Positions 50,140 to 64,000 of a stretch of DNA of 64,000 nt are shown here, piece by piece; the first letter of the stretch is position 1; each line of letters opens with the position of its first letter. The notes beneath the pieces were generated by a model. That model searched no databases. It was not told the DNA's origin and saw only the letters and a list, made by a program, of their open reading frames with translations. Where the stretch lies: contig NHCB01000007.1 in NCBI GenBank assembly GCA_002167745.1, positions 10,403 through 74,402 of the forward strand, written 5' to 3'. The stretch comes from Betaproteobacteria bacterium TMED22. GTDB taxonomy: Bacteria; Pseudomonadota; Gammaproteobacteria; Burkholderiales; Eutrophovitaceae. The translations under genes were made by a program, and so were the position numbers.

Positions 50140-50548
50140 GTTCGGTGCTACCTCTAATTAAGATTGGTGGTTTTGTTTCATCGTACCTTACGTATTCTTG
50201 TTTGAGTCAACATAAAACTTGGGATAGAGACGATACGTTATAGTCTATCAAATATGCGTACCCGCAAACCCAGAGTCGGATTATCGTGTGGTGCAATATG
50301 TCTATTGAAGAGAGCTGGTAATCTTGTGGCAGTGAACGTGATTGAAGACCCAAAATATTTTGTCGCGAAGAATAATGCGAGCTAGATTTTGATTAGCTCC
50401 TATTAATCAAGTGCTCGGGATCGATACCTGTAGGCAGTTAACTGCGATATCATTATGGTCACGTTTAAATTGGTTACTGTGTCAGCCTGAGGAGTCCATT
50501 TTAAATTTATTTCAGCATATTAAATAGGTAAGAGGGAGTAGATGGATC

Positions 50549-52777
50549 ATGAGTAGCAAAGAAGAGATGGATATTGTTTACACGATAGTCGATGAGGCTC
50601 CAGAACTGGCAAGCGGATCTTTCTTGCCGATAATTAAGGCCTTTAGTGCTATTGGGCATATTAAGGTTGGGAGCCAAGATATTTCATTAGCGGGCAGGAT
50701 ACTTTCTGCATTTCCGGAATATCTTACGGATACACAATGTCAATCTGATGATCTTAATAAACTTAGCGAGGTGGTAAAACAGTCTTCGGCAAATGTCATT
50801 AAACTCCCTAATATTTCCGCTTCGATTCCACAATTAAAGGCAGCTATAGATGAACTTCAACAACAAGGATTTGCTGTTCCTGATTATCCTGACGCACCAA
50901 ACTCAGAAACAGAAAAAAATGTTCGTAGCAAATATGATTCGATAAAAGGCTCCGCAGTTAATCCAGTTTTAAGGGAAGGGAATTCGGACCGAAGAGCAGC
51001 AAAAGCAGTAAAAGAGTATGCGAAAGCTAATCCCCATTCGATGGGCGTATGGGAAAAGACATCAAAAACCCATGTTTCATCAATGTCAGGAAATGATTTT
51101 TACGCGAATGAGCGGTCCATCATTGTTTCTCCGACGCAAGTGGGTGCTGCGCAAATAGTGTTCATGAACATAGAAGGTGAAACAACGACTTTAAAAGATC
51201 AAGTAACGCTTAGCGAAGGAGCCGTGGTTGACGCGACCTTCCTGAGTGTGAAGGCCTTGAAAGAATTTTTCAAAAACGAAATAGATGACGCTAAACAAGA
51301 AAATATACTTTTTTCACTACATTTAAAGGCGACCATGATGAAGGTCTCCGATCCGATTTTATTCGGTCATGCTGTTACGAGTTTTATAAGTCCTATCTTT
51401 GATAAATATTCTGAAAAGTTTCAACAGCTTGGGATTAATCCAAATGCGGGATTAGGAGACGTCTTGAGTAGGTTAGCGACCGAGCCAGAGGTGCTTAATG
51501 AGATTCATGAAATTCTAATGGTGCGCCCAGATTTGTACATGGTCGATAGCGATAAAGGCATTACTAATTTACATGTACCGTCCGATGTGATTATCGATGC
51601 GTCTATGCCCGCTGTCATTCGAGCGGGAGGTAAAGGTTGGGATAGCGACGGGAAAGAACGGGATGTTAAATGCGTAATCCCCGATAATTGTTACGCTCCA
51701 GTCTATGACGAAACCATTAATTATTTCAGAGAAACGGGGGCGTTAGATCCATCATCTTCAGGCGCTGTTGCTAATGTTGGCTTGATGGCCCAAAAGGCAG
51801 AAGAGTACGGATCACATCCAACTACGTTTGAGATGCCTTCTGCGGGAACGATAACGATGGTAGCGGCCAATGGTGATGTGCTGCATGAGCATCGTGTAGA
51901 GACAGGGGATATATGGCGTTCTTCAATAACACAAAAGGCAGCCATAGAGGATTGGATTAAGTTGGCGCTATCAAGGCAAAGAGCGACAAGTTCTCATGCA
52001 GTATTTTGGCTTGATCGTGCACGCGCCCATGACGCGCAGCTACTGGCTTATGTCGAACCTGTGTTGAAAAAAGAGAAGCTAACAGATCGATTTCATATAC
52101 TGGCTCCTCGAGAAGCGACAAGAGTAACGCTTGAAACAATTCGTAAAGGTAGAGATTCGATAGCGATTACGGGTAACGTGCTGAGGGACTATTTAACTGA
52201 TTTATTTCCCATTTTAGAGTTAGGAACCTCTGCAAAAATGTTATCCATCGTTAAGTTAATGAACGGTGGCGGACTGTTTGAAACTGGTGCGGGTGGTTCT
52301 GCGCCCAAACACGTCCAACAACTGCTATCTGAGAATCACTTAAGATGGGATTCGTTGGGCGAGTTCTGCGCTTTAGGCGAAAGTCTCATGTTTTATGCCG
52401 AAACCTCCGGAAACCAGTACGCGAAAATTTTAGGTCAAGCTGCCGAAGTCGCTACTCAAAAGATACTTGATAATAATCGGTCTCCATCAAGAAAGGTTGG
52501 AGAGGCTGATAACAGAGAGAGTCACTACTATTTTGCAATGTATTGGGCAGAGGCACTAGCTCAACAGTTGGACAATGAAGGAATCGCAGTAAGATTTAAA
52601 GAAGTCTTTGATCAGCTTAGTAAGAATGAAGATGCCATTATTGCTGAATTCCGGGGTGCTCAAGGAGTGCCAGTTGATATAGGTGGTTACTATCATCCTG
52701 ACACAAACAAGGTTTCTTCCGTAATGAGACCAAGCTCTACGCTTAATGAAATTATTAGCGGTATTCAGACTACATAA
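50549..52777 (+). CDS. icd: NADP-dependent isocitrate dehydrogenase, monomeric type
   Basis: 742 aa, colinear with Azotobacter/Corynebacterium monomeric IDH (YTIVDEAPELAS, IKLPNISASIPQLKAAI.ELQ, KGSAVNPVLREGNSDRR, HLKATMMKVSDPI). Confidence 0.95.
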   Translation: MSSKEEMDIVYTIVDEAPELASGSFLPIIKAFSAIGHIKVGSQDISLAGRILSAFPEYLTDTQCQSDDLNKLSEVVKQSSANVIKLPNISASIPQLKAAIDELQQQGFAVPDYPDAPNSETEKNVRSKYDSIKGSAVNPVLREGNSDRRAAKAVKEYAKANPHSMGVWEKTSKTHVSSMSGNDFYANERSIIVSPTQVGAAQIVFMNIEGETTTLKDQVTLSEGAVVDATFLSVKALKEFFKNEIDDAKQENILFSLHLKATMMKVSDPILFGHAVTSFISPIFDKYSEKFQQLGINPNAGLGDVLSRLATEPEVLNEIHEILMVRPDLYMVDSDKGITNLHVPSDVIIDASMPAVIRAGGKGWDSDGKERDVKCVIPDNCYAPVYDETINYFRETGALDPSSSGAVANVGLMAQKAEEYGSHPTTFEMPSAGTITMVAANGDVLHEHRVETGDIWRSSITQKAAIEDWIKLALSRQRATSSHAVFWLDRARAHDAQLLAYVEPVLKKEKLTDRFHILAPREATRVTLETIRKGRDSIAITGNVLRDYLTDLFPILELGTSAKMLSIVKLMNGGGLFETGAGGSAPKHVQQLLSENHLRWDSLGEFCALGESLMFYAETSGNQYAKILGQAAEVATQKILDNNRSPSRKVGEADNRESHYYFAMYWAEALAQQLDNEGIAVRFKEVFDQLSKNEDAIIAEFRGAQGVPVDIGGYYHPDTNKVSSVMRPSSTLNEIISGIQTT

Positions 52778-52793
52778 AAAAGATAGGAGCAGC

Positions 52794-53837
52794 ATGCCAA
52801 CAAAACGGATTGCAAGACGGGTGACATTAGCGAGTCGACCAGTCGGCCTGCCAAGCGTTAATAATTTTAAAATAGAATCATTTTCTGTGAACTCGCCCCA
52901 AGCGGAGGAGGTGTTGGTCAAAGTTACACATTTCTCGCTCGATCCTTATATGAGGGGTCGTATGGATGACGCTGCATCATATGCTGCTCCAGTTAAATTA
53001 GGGGAGGTAATGGAAGCGGGTGCGGTCGGTCGTGTTGAGGAAAGCGAATCAGAGGGCATCGAGGTCGGAGATTGGGTGTATGGACGAATGGGGTGGACTG
53101 AGTCTGCTGTAATTGATGGATCATTGATTCAGAAAATTCCGGCGTCGATGAGTCCTAAATCGCTATCGTTGGGCGCGCTTGGAATGCCAGGATTCACTGG
53201 CTGGTGGGGATTAAGTCACCATGGAAGACCAAAGGCGGGTGAAACTTTAGTTGTCGGCGCTGTTACAGGTCCGGTGGGATCGATGGTCGTTCAACTTGCT
53301 AAGCGGCTTGGACTAAAAACTATAGGAATAGCTGGGTCAGAAAAAAAATGTACACTCGCCATCGATAAATTTGGGGTTGATCATTGCTTGAATCACAGAG
53401 AGTTTAATTCAGCACGGGAGTTGCAGTCCGCCCTAAAGGGTGTTGCACCCGATGGCATTGATATTTACTTTGAGAATGTCGGTGGAAAAGTCTTTGAAGC
53501 TGTTGCTCCACAGATGAATGAGTTTGGACGGGTGGTTGTTTGTGGCATGGTCAGTTGGTATAACGAGGGCGCAATGGGAACTGAGGCACAAACAGAGAGC
53601 ATATCTGTTGCGAACCTGTGGCGTAACATTTTAGTGAAAAAACTCTCTGTTAATGGCTTTATTATTTCAGATCATTGGTCACACTATCCAAAATTCGTAT
53701 CCAATATGCAGCCGTTGATTACCTCTGGTGAGATTCAGTATATTGAAGATATGGTTGCCGGTATTGAAAACGCTCCCAATGCGTTTATTGGGCTATTACA
53801 AGGACGCAACTTTGGCAAGCTGATCGTGGAAGTTTGA
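52794..53837 (+). CDS. NADP-dependent medium-chain oxidoreductase (YncB/CurA / alkenal reductase-like)
   Basis: It has SLDPYMRGRM and a GAVTGPVGSMVVQLAK Rossmann motif. ATG 52794 is preceded by AGGAG; the track start at 52746 overlaps icd. Confidence 0.8.
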   Translation: MPTKRIARRVTLASRPVGLPSVNNFKIESFSVNSPQAEEVLVKVTHFSLDPYMRGRMDDAASYAAPVKLGEVMEAGAVGRVEESESEGIEVGDWVYGRMGWTESAVIDGSLIQKIPASMSPKSLSLGALGMPGFTGWWGLSHHGRPKAGETLVVGAVTGPVGSMVVQLAKRLGLKTIGIAGSEKKCTLAIDKFGVDHCLNHREFNSARELQSALKGVAPDGIDIYFENVGGKVFEAVAPQMNEFGRVVVCGMVSWYNEGAMGTEAQTESISVANLWRNILVKKLSVNGFIISDHWSHYPKFVSNMQPLITSGEIQYIEDMVAGIENAPNAFIGLLQGRNFGKLIVEV

Positions 53838-53843
53838 GAGAAA

Positions 53844-54311
53844 TTGGATACTTCTGTAGCCTCAGCTAACGATTTTCTCTTCATGCAGCAAGCACTTGAG
53901 CTTGCTTTGGAAAGTGCAGCTCACGGTGAGGTACCAGTTGGTTCTATTTTGGTTAAGGACGGGAAGACCATAGCTCAATCAGGTAACGCGCCCATCTCCT
54001 TATCAGATCCAACAGCACATGCAGAGATTAATACGATCCGCATGGGCGCTTCGTATTTAGGGAATTACCGGCTTGTGGGGACAACGTTATACTCGACACT
54101 GGAACCCTGCGTGATGTGTGCTGGCGCAATCATGCACGCGCGTATAGAACGATTGGTGTTTGGCGCTTATGATGAAAAGTCAGGTGCTTGCGGGTCAGTT
54201 GTCGATTTATTTGAGAGCGGGCAGCTAAATTACCATACTTCAGTTTTAGGTGGTGTCATGTCGAGCGAGTGCGCGGCCGTATTGAAAAGTTTTTTTAAAC
54301 TACGGCGGTAA
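53844..54311 (+). CDS. tadA: tRNA adenosine(34) deaminase
   Basis: 155 aa with zinc motifs HAE and PCVMCAGA. Confidence 0.9.
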   Translation: MDTSVASANDFLFMQQALELALESAAHGEVPVGSILVKDGKTIAQSGNAPISLSDPTAHAEINTIRMGASYLGNYRLVGTTLYSTLEPCVMCAGAIMHARIERLVFGAYDEKSGACGSVVDLFESGQLNYHTSVLGGVMSSECAAVLKSFFKLRR

Positions 54312-54314
54312 TAG

Positions 54315-54794
54315 ATGATTTTACATATTAACATTCGGACTCAAACACTCAGCCTAAACAGTACGGAACATGATCAGGTTTTCAAGACCTATAAAGTATC
54401 GACATCTAAATTTGGCGTCGGAGAAGAAAATAATAGCTTTAAAACTCCTCGGGGCACGCATTGTATTCGGGCTAAAATTGGAGCTGATGAGCCAATAAAT
54501 ACTGTGTTCATCGGTCGCAGGCCGACCGGAGAGATCTTCGGTGAGGCACTCCTAAAAAGCTTTCCAGACCGAGATTGGATCCTCACGCGCATACTCTGGC
54601 TATCAGGTAAGGAAGTGGGAATTAACAGACTAGGTACGGTCGATACCATGCGTCGTTATATCTATATACACGGCAGTCCTGATGGGGTTCAGATGGGTGT
54701 GCCCGGTTCGATTGGGTGTATCCGAATGAGGAACTCAGATGTTATTGATTTGTTTGACAGAGTCTCAGTTGGAGACTCAGTTCAAATTATCTAA
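54315..54794 (+). CDS. YkuD-fold L,D-transpeptidase family protein lacking a signal peptide
   Basis: 159 aa with the catalytic motif IHGSP.......GSIGCIRM and no N-terminal hydrophobic segment. Confidence 0.75.
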   Translation: MILHINIRTQTLSLNSTEHDQVFKTYKVSTSKFGVGEENNSFKTPRGTHCIRAKIGADEPINTVFIGRRPTGEIFGEALLKSFPDRDWILTRILWLSGKEVGINRLGTVDTMRRYIYIHGSPDGVQMGVPGSIGCIRMRNSDVIDLFDRVSVGDSVQII

Positions 54795-54814
54795 ATCATT
54801 GGGGAAAAGATGAT

Positions 54815-55552
54815 ATGAGACTTGAAGGAAAAGTATCGATAATTACTGGGGCAGGACGCGGTATTGGCCACGCTACAGTGAAAAAATTTTTAACCGAAGG
54901 CGCGCAAGTTATAGCGTGCGATATTAATCCATCACTTCTCGAAACTTTCAGTAAAGTGTTTTCTAGCGACTCATGCGGCACGGCATTGGTTGTGGATGTA
55001 ACGGATTCAAAAGGCGTAATTGACATGGTCAACACAACCGTTGCAAAGTATGGACGAATCGATGTTCTTGTTAATAATGCTGGAATCGTCCGAGACGCCA
55101 GGATGATGAATATGACTGAGGAAGCTTTCGATAGCGTTATTGATGTGAACCTTAAGGGAACCTATAACTGTGCAAAAGCAGTTCTTCCACATATGATGGA
55201 GCAACGGTCCGGTGTTGTGCTAAATGCATCGTCGATAGTTGGACTATATGGGAATTTTGGACAAACTAATTATTCAGCGAGTAAATTTGGTGTGATCGGA
55301 ATGGCGAAAACTTGGGCTCGCGAATTCGGGCGATTCGGGATTCGAGCAAATTCGGTTTGTCCAGGTATGATTGATACGGAAATTCTGAGCGATATTCCCG
55401 AGAAAGTTCTTGATAATATTCTTACCAAAATACCACTTGGGCGGCTTGGCAAAACCACTGAGGTCGCCAGTGTTTATGCATACCTTGCCTCAGATGAAGC
55501 AAGTTATATCAATGGCGCCGTTATTGAAGTCGGTGGCGGAGCAACGCTCTAG
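54815..55552 (+). CDS. 3-oxoacyl-ACP reductase-like short-chain dehydrogenase
   Basis: 245 aa with TGAGRGIG, NNAG and the YSASK catalytic motif. Whether it is the housekeeping FabG cannot be determined. Confidence 0.8.
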   Translation: MRLEGKVSIITGAGRGIGHATVKKFLTEGAQVIACDINPSLLETFSKVFSSDSCGTALVVDVTDSKGVIDMVNTTVAKYGRIDVLVNNAGIVRDARMMNMTEEAFDSVIDVNLKGTYNCAKAVLPHMMEQRSGVVLNASSIVGLYGNFGQTNYSASKFGVIGMAKTWAREFGRFGIRANSVCPGMIDTEILSDIPEKVLDNILTKIPLGRLGKTTEVASVYAYLASDEASYINGAVIEVGGGATL

Positions 55553-55564
55553 TCCCAGATAAAT

Positions 55565-55981
55565 TCAATAAGTAGACTTTTCTGCAACCAAGTCGGGTAA
55601 CTGCAACGGGCTTTTTGGCGTAAATCCCTTTTTGTGATGCTCGGCGATTACTGTCGTAAAAATCCCGCCTCTGACGTAAAATCGGGAAGTCAGTCGCATA
55701 AACTTAGGCTTTATTAGTGTCACCAAATCATTCAGGATTTGATTGGTAATGGCCTCGTGAAAAGCGCCTTTATCCCGAAATGTAACGATATAAAGCTTTA
55801 AACTTTTAAGTTCAACGCACTTCTTGTCTGGCAAATAATCCAGATACAGCGTCGCAAAATCGGGTTGGCCTGTTTTCGGGCATAAGCATGTGAATTCAGG
55901 AATTTGCATGCGTACCCAAAAATCATTTTTAGGGGCCGGGTTTGGAAAAGTCTCGAGCGGATTGATCACGGTTTTCGACAT
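55565..55981 (-). CDS. queF: NADPH-dependent 7-cyano-7-deazaguanine (preQ0) reductase, unimodular type I
   Basis: 138 aa with the catalytic Cys in [15 protein letters not shown] and the QueF motif ELKSLKLY. Confidence 0.88.
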   Translation of the reverse strand: MSKTVINPLETFPNPAPKNDFWVRMQIPEFTCLCPKTGQPDFATLYLDYLPDKKCVELKSLKLYIVTFRDKGAFHEAITNQILNDLVTLIKPKFMRLTSRFYVRGGIFTTVIAEHHKKGFTPKSPLQLPDLVAEKSTY

Positions 55982-56082
55982 TCTAAAATTAGGTTATTAA
56001 GATAAAATAGGCAATGCCCCTTTTTGCAAGCTATCAATTACTGCTTGCCGGGATGATTATAACGATTTCGACGGATAATATT

Positions 56083-59000
56083 TTGCGCCTCACTCATATT
56101 AAGTTAGCCGGTTTCAAATCTTTCGTAGAGCCTACGCACATTCCAGTTCCTGGGAAATTGGTGGGTGTGGTGGGTCCGAATGGATGCGGCAAATCAAATG
56201 TGATCGATGCCGTGCGCTGGGTTCTTGGAGAAACATCAGCTAAGCAGTTACGTGGCGAGAACATGCAGGATGTAATTTTTGCGGGCTCCACTGAACGAAA
56301 ACCGATGTCCCGGGCCAGTGTCGAACTCATTTTTGATAACAGTGCTGGTAAGGTAACTGGCGTTTGGTCCCAATACACCGAAATTTCTATTAAGCGGGTC
56401 CTTGAAAGAGAAGGCGCCTCTTCCTATTTCATAAATAACCAACACGTTAGAAGACGTGACGTAGCAGACATTTTTTTGGGCACTGGGTTAGGTGGCAGGG
56501 GATATGCCATTATCGAACAAGGTATGATCTCGCGGATCATCGACGCCCGACCTGATGATATGCGATCGTTTTTGGAAGAAGCCGCAGGCGTTTCGAAGTA
56601 TAAGGAGCGACGACGAGAAACAGAACTTCGCTTACGAGATACGCGGGATAATCTCGCCCGCGTGGAAGATATTCGTTCAGAATTAGATAAACAGCTGCGA
56701 AAGCTTGAACAGCAGGCACAACAAGCAGAAAAATTTCATGGGTATGAAAACGATTTAAAAGAGACTCAGCAACAAGTTTGGTACCACAACAAACGCGAAT
56801 CTGAAGAAAAAAGGATGGTCATAGCATCGCAGATTAAGCAAACAGAGATCGACGTCGAGAAAAAAATAGCATTATTGAGAGAAACTGAGACCGAGATTGA
56901 AAAGTTAAAAATATCGCGGGAAGACAGTGCATCAGTAGTGAACAGTGTACAAGGCACACTCTATGAAGTTAACTCTTTGATCGCTCGTATCGAACAATCC
57001 ATCGAGCACTTACGAGAAACACGTAAAAGAACACAGCAACAACTGGGTAATATCGATGCCACTTACAAACAGCAAAGACGCGATTTAGCTTCGTTAGAAC
57101 ACGTTTTTTGGGATGCTCGGAGGCAAGTCTTAAATGTCAGGCTACAACAAACTCAAACTTCGCTGGAATTGGAGGTCAGTAGGACCGAATTGCCTGATAT
57201 TGAGGAATCCTTTGCTGGCGCTCAAAGAGCAGTAGATGAGCACCAGAAATTAATATCGGACTTACAAAACAAGTTAAACTTGAGCAAGACCCATCAGACT
57301 CACGCCTCGAATGTCCTTGATCAATTGGCGAGCAGAAAAGAAAGACTAGATGCGGAACGCTTCGAGCTTAACCCACCAAATGCTGGTCAGATTGAATCGA
57401 TGGATGCCTCAATTCAGAGTTTAGACGAGGTTATGAGGGCGCAATCTAATAAACTTTCAAAAGCAGAAATTGAACTGGCTGGCGCGGAGGATCAGAAGGA
57501 TAAAGCTGGCTTGATGCTAAACGAAAAACGTAGGCTCTACTCAGAGCTGGAAGCCAAGAGACGTGCTTTAGTTGATCTTCAAAAGCAGGTGTCGCAGTCT
57601 GAACGACTAAGTGAGTGGCTTGATATAAGCGGCTTTAATGGGGAGGAACGCTTGTGGGAATTGCTCCGTGTTCAGACTGGTTGGGAAGATTCAGTCGAGG
57701 CCGTTTTACGTGAACGTCTGGTGTCTATAGCAGCTGACGACCTGAGCGTTGTTAGATTTGAAGCGGCTAAGCAACCGCCCTCAAAAGTATCTTTCTTTAA
57801 CAAGAAATTTACTTCATCGCAACCCGAAGTCTCTTCATCAACCTTTACTTCTCTTGGAACAATGGTGCAAGCAGATAATTCATCAATATCGGATCTCATT
57901 AGGCACTGGTTATCGCACGTGTTTATAGCTGAGACAGATATTGAGGCAAGAGAAATGGTTAATCAATTAAGCGCTGGTGAGATGTGTGTCACGAAGCGAG
58001 GCGACCTTTACTATCCAGGAGGTGTGGCATTGTTCGCCCCTGACCAAGAAGTTCATGGAATGCTGGCGCGTCAGGTTGAGATCGAAAAGCTAGATGATCA
58101 ATCTACACTCGCTCAAGAGGCATTAGATGACTGCCAAGAAGACTTCAAAATCGTGTCTGAATCCGTCACGCAAATGAAAGAAAACCTCAGTCAAGCTAGA
58201 ACGGAATATGCAGAACTCAAAGAAAAGCTCCACCACGAACGCGTAGACTTTCTACGTTTATCCGATCTTAATCAGCGTACCATCGAACGGTTAGCGCAGA
58301 TGGAGGCTGAATTGGTCGAGATTGATGGACTACGGCTGACTGAGAGTGAAAGAAAGGAAACAGCGGCTCGGGAAGGTGACAAGTTGGAAGGCGAGCTCAA
58401 AACCGCATCGAGTGTATTAAATCAAATGTCTTCGGAACTCCAGTCTCTCGGGCAGGTAAGAGGGGCGAAGCTTGAAACGATCAGCAATTTAAACCAGAGT
58501 TACTCAGAGCAATCTTTTGAATATCGATCATTAACAAATAAAATCAATGATTTAAGTTTAAATATCAGTCAAATTTATGAGTCTTTTATGCGATTGGATG
58601 AACAACGTTCCGAACTTAGTGACCAGTTAAATCGTGAGATGGAAGGAGAGCGAAGCGAAGAACTACAAGTGAATTTGATACGTCGTAATCAGGTAGAGTC
58701 AGAGCTTAGCGTGTCAAGACAGAAGCTTTCGGATTGGGATGAGCAACTAAGCGTTTCCGAGCTGCGACGGCAAGAAACTGACCGGGCATTACAGCCTCTG
58801 AGAGAGTCGATTAATGAGATGGGGTTAAGTGAGCAAGAGTGCCGACTAATTAGAGACCAATTTATTAATCAATTAACCGAGTCAAACGCAGATGAAGAGC
58901 ATTTGAGTAAAGTGGTTCAAAATGATTTCGAAGTAGGGCTTGCTGAAATAGCTATTTCTGATCTACAACGGAGAATCACAAGGTTAGGGGCAATTAACTT

Positions 59001-59607
59001 AGCAGCGCTTGACGAGCTTAAGGAGTCTCAGGAAAGAAAAGGATACTTAGATGCGCAAGCAGAGGACCTTCTAGAGGCAGTATCCACTTTGGAAACTGCA
59101 ATCCGAAGCATTGACAATGAGACCAGAGAACGTCTGTCTGGAACGTTCGAACAGGTGAATCGGCAATTCGGAGAAATGTTTCCGGCATTGTTCGGTGGCG
59201 GAGAAGCGAAGCTGGTGCTGACGGGCGAGGAGATCTTAGACGCAGGCGTGGAAGTAATAGCCCGTCCACCTGGAAAGCGAAACACCTCAATCCATTTACT
59301 ATCCGGAGGTGAGAAGGCATTAACCGCATTGTCTCTTGTATTTTCTTTATTCCAATTAAATCCCGCACCCTTTTGTCTGTTAGATGAGGTCGATGCGCCG
59401 TTAGACGATAGTAATACAGTGCGATACTGTGATCTTGTGCGAAAAATGGCACAAAGCACGCAGTTTTTGTTTATCACGCACAATAAAATAACCATGGAAA
59501 TGGCGGAGCAATTGATTGGAGTTACCATGCAAGAGCAAGGAGTGTCGCGTGTGGTAGCAGTTGATATCGAGGAAGCCATGAAATTGAATGAAGAAATCGT
59601 CGCTTAA
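56083..59607 (+). CDS. smc: Chromosome partition protein SMC
   Basis: It has Walker A GPNGCGKSN, a long coiled coil with a hinge, the signature LSGGEKALTAL and Walker B LLDEVDAPLD. The likely start is TTG 56083, giving (M)RLTHIKLAGFKSF; alternatives are ATG 56053 and the track's 56014. Confidence 0.92.
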   Translation: MRLTHIKLAGFKSFVEPTHIPVPGKLVGVVGPNGCGKSNVIDAVRWVLGETSAKQLRGENMQDVIFAGSTERKPMSRASVELIFDNSAGKVTGVWSQYTEISIKRVLEREGASSYFINNQHVRRRDVADIFLGTGLGGRGYAIIEQGMISRIIDARPDDMRSFLEEAAGVSKYKERRRETELRLRDTRDNLARVEDIRSELDKQLRKLEQQAQQAEKFHGYENDLKETQQQVWYHNKRESEEKRMVIASQIKQTEIDVEKKIALLRETETEIEKLKISREDSASVVNSVQGTLYEVNSLIARIEQSIEHLRETRKRTQQQLGNIDATYKQQRRDLASLEHVFWDARRQVLNVRLQQTQTSLELEVSRTELPDIEESFAGAQRAVDEHQKLISDLQNKLNLSKTHQTHASNVLDQLASRKERLDAERFELNPPNAGQIESMDASIQSLDEVMRAQSNKLSKAEIELAGAEDQKDKAGLMLNEKRRLYSELEAKRRALVDLQKQVSQSERLSEWLDISGFNGEERLWELLRVQTGWEDSVEAVLRERLVSIAADDLSVVRFEAAKQPPSKVSFFNKKFTSSQPEVSSSTFTSLGTMVQADNSSISDLIRHWLSHVFIAETDIEAREMVNQLSAGEMCVTKRGDLYYPGGVALFAPDQEVHGMLARQVEIEKLDDQSTLAQEALDDCQEDFKIVSESVTQMKENLSQARTEYAELKEKLHHERVDFLRLSDLNQRTIERLAQMEAELVEIDGLRLTESERKETAAREGDKLEGELKTASSVLNQMSSELQSLGQVRGAKLETISNLNQSYSEQSFEYRSLTNKINDLSLNISQIYESFMRLDEQRSELSDQLNREMEGERSEELQVNLIRRNQVESELSVSRQKLSDWDEQLSVSELRRQETDRALQPLRESINEMGLSEQECRLIRDQFINQLTESNADEEHLSKVVQNDFEVGLAEIAISDLQRRITRLGAINLAALDELKESQERKGYLDAQAEDLLEAVSTLETAIRSIDNETRERLSGTFEQVNRQFGEMFPALFGGGEAKLVLTGEEILDAGVEVIARPPGKRNTSIHLLSGGEKALTALSLVFSLFQLNPAPFCLLDEVDAPLDDSNTVRYCDLVRKMAQSTQFLFITHNKITMEMAEQLIGVTMQEQGVSRVVAVDIEEAMKLNEEIVA

Positions 59608-59650
59608 CCCGGGACAGGTAGGCCACACGAGAGCATATTGAGGTAATAAC

Positions 59651-63618
<3,968 letters not shown>

Positions 63619-63622
<4 letters not shown>

Positions 63623-64000
63623 ACAAACGACTCGGGCTGTATGAGAGCGACCCGCGCAGATTTGCGCGAGTCATAATCACTCATCAAGAAATTGATAACG
63701 AAATCAAAAGAGTAGCGAATGAGATTGAGGGAAGTATTGGCAATCAATGTCCGATTGTTCTCAGTATATTAAATGGGTCAATTTGTTTTTCAGGACAATT
63801 ACTGACCGAACTCGAGTTTTCCCTCAGGTACGACGTATTTTCCATGTCGCGGTACGGCCATGGCACAAAAGGTGGAGATCTAAAACATTTGTCTTACCCA
63901 ACTACTTCTGTTCGTGATAAAACTGTTTTAATCTTAGACGACATTCTTGATCGAGGCGCCACCTTAGAGTCGGCTAGGCGATGGGCTATGGGAAACGGCG
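63619..64000 (+). CDS. Hypoxanthine/guanine phosphoribosyltransferase-like protein (5' part; runs off the window)
   Basis: This hand-translated ORF starts at an ATG overlapping the galU stop (ATGA). It has the PRPP-binding motif VLILDDILDRGATL. Confidence 0.7.

Overview
This is a 64-kb chromosomal segment with gammaproteobacterial gene order: zipA between smc and ligA, metY-rimP-nusA-infB-rbfA-truB-rpsO-pnp, smpB/ratA/rnfH, guaBA and alaC-hom-thrC. GC is roughly 43-47% by hand counts, and the proteorhodopsin photosystem points to a marine surface-water heterotroph. I support about 57 protein genes, one initiator tRNA, several promoters and terminators, and one direct repeat. I found no rRNA, CRISPR array, transposase, integrase or recognisable defence system. 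Positions 1-30.7 kb and 50.5-64 kb are housekeeping genes for amino-acid, nucleotide and NAD metabolism, translation, ClpB, SMC/ScpAB and LigA. The accessory stretch at 30.7-50.1 kb is the part worth a second look. (1) A 73-nt copy of the guaA 3' end brackets a single GC-rich PhyH-family dioxygenase gene, next to a second GC-rich PhyH paralog; this looks like an integrase-less island scar. (2) An orphan OsmC-YcaO fusion gene sits with an alpha/beta hydrolase and a DUF3422 membrane protein. (3) A green-tuned proteorhodopsin lies divergent from crtI-crtB-crtY-blh, with no crtE or idi in the cluster. (4) An SxtJ / DUF5989 (SxtK-like, 50 aa, missing from the ORF track) / carbamoyltransferase triad occurs without any other saxitoxin-type genes. 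All family assignments come from motif recognition by eye; no database search was run.
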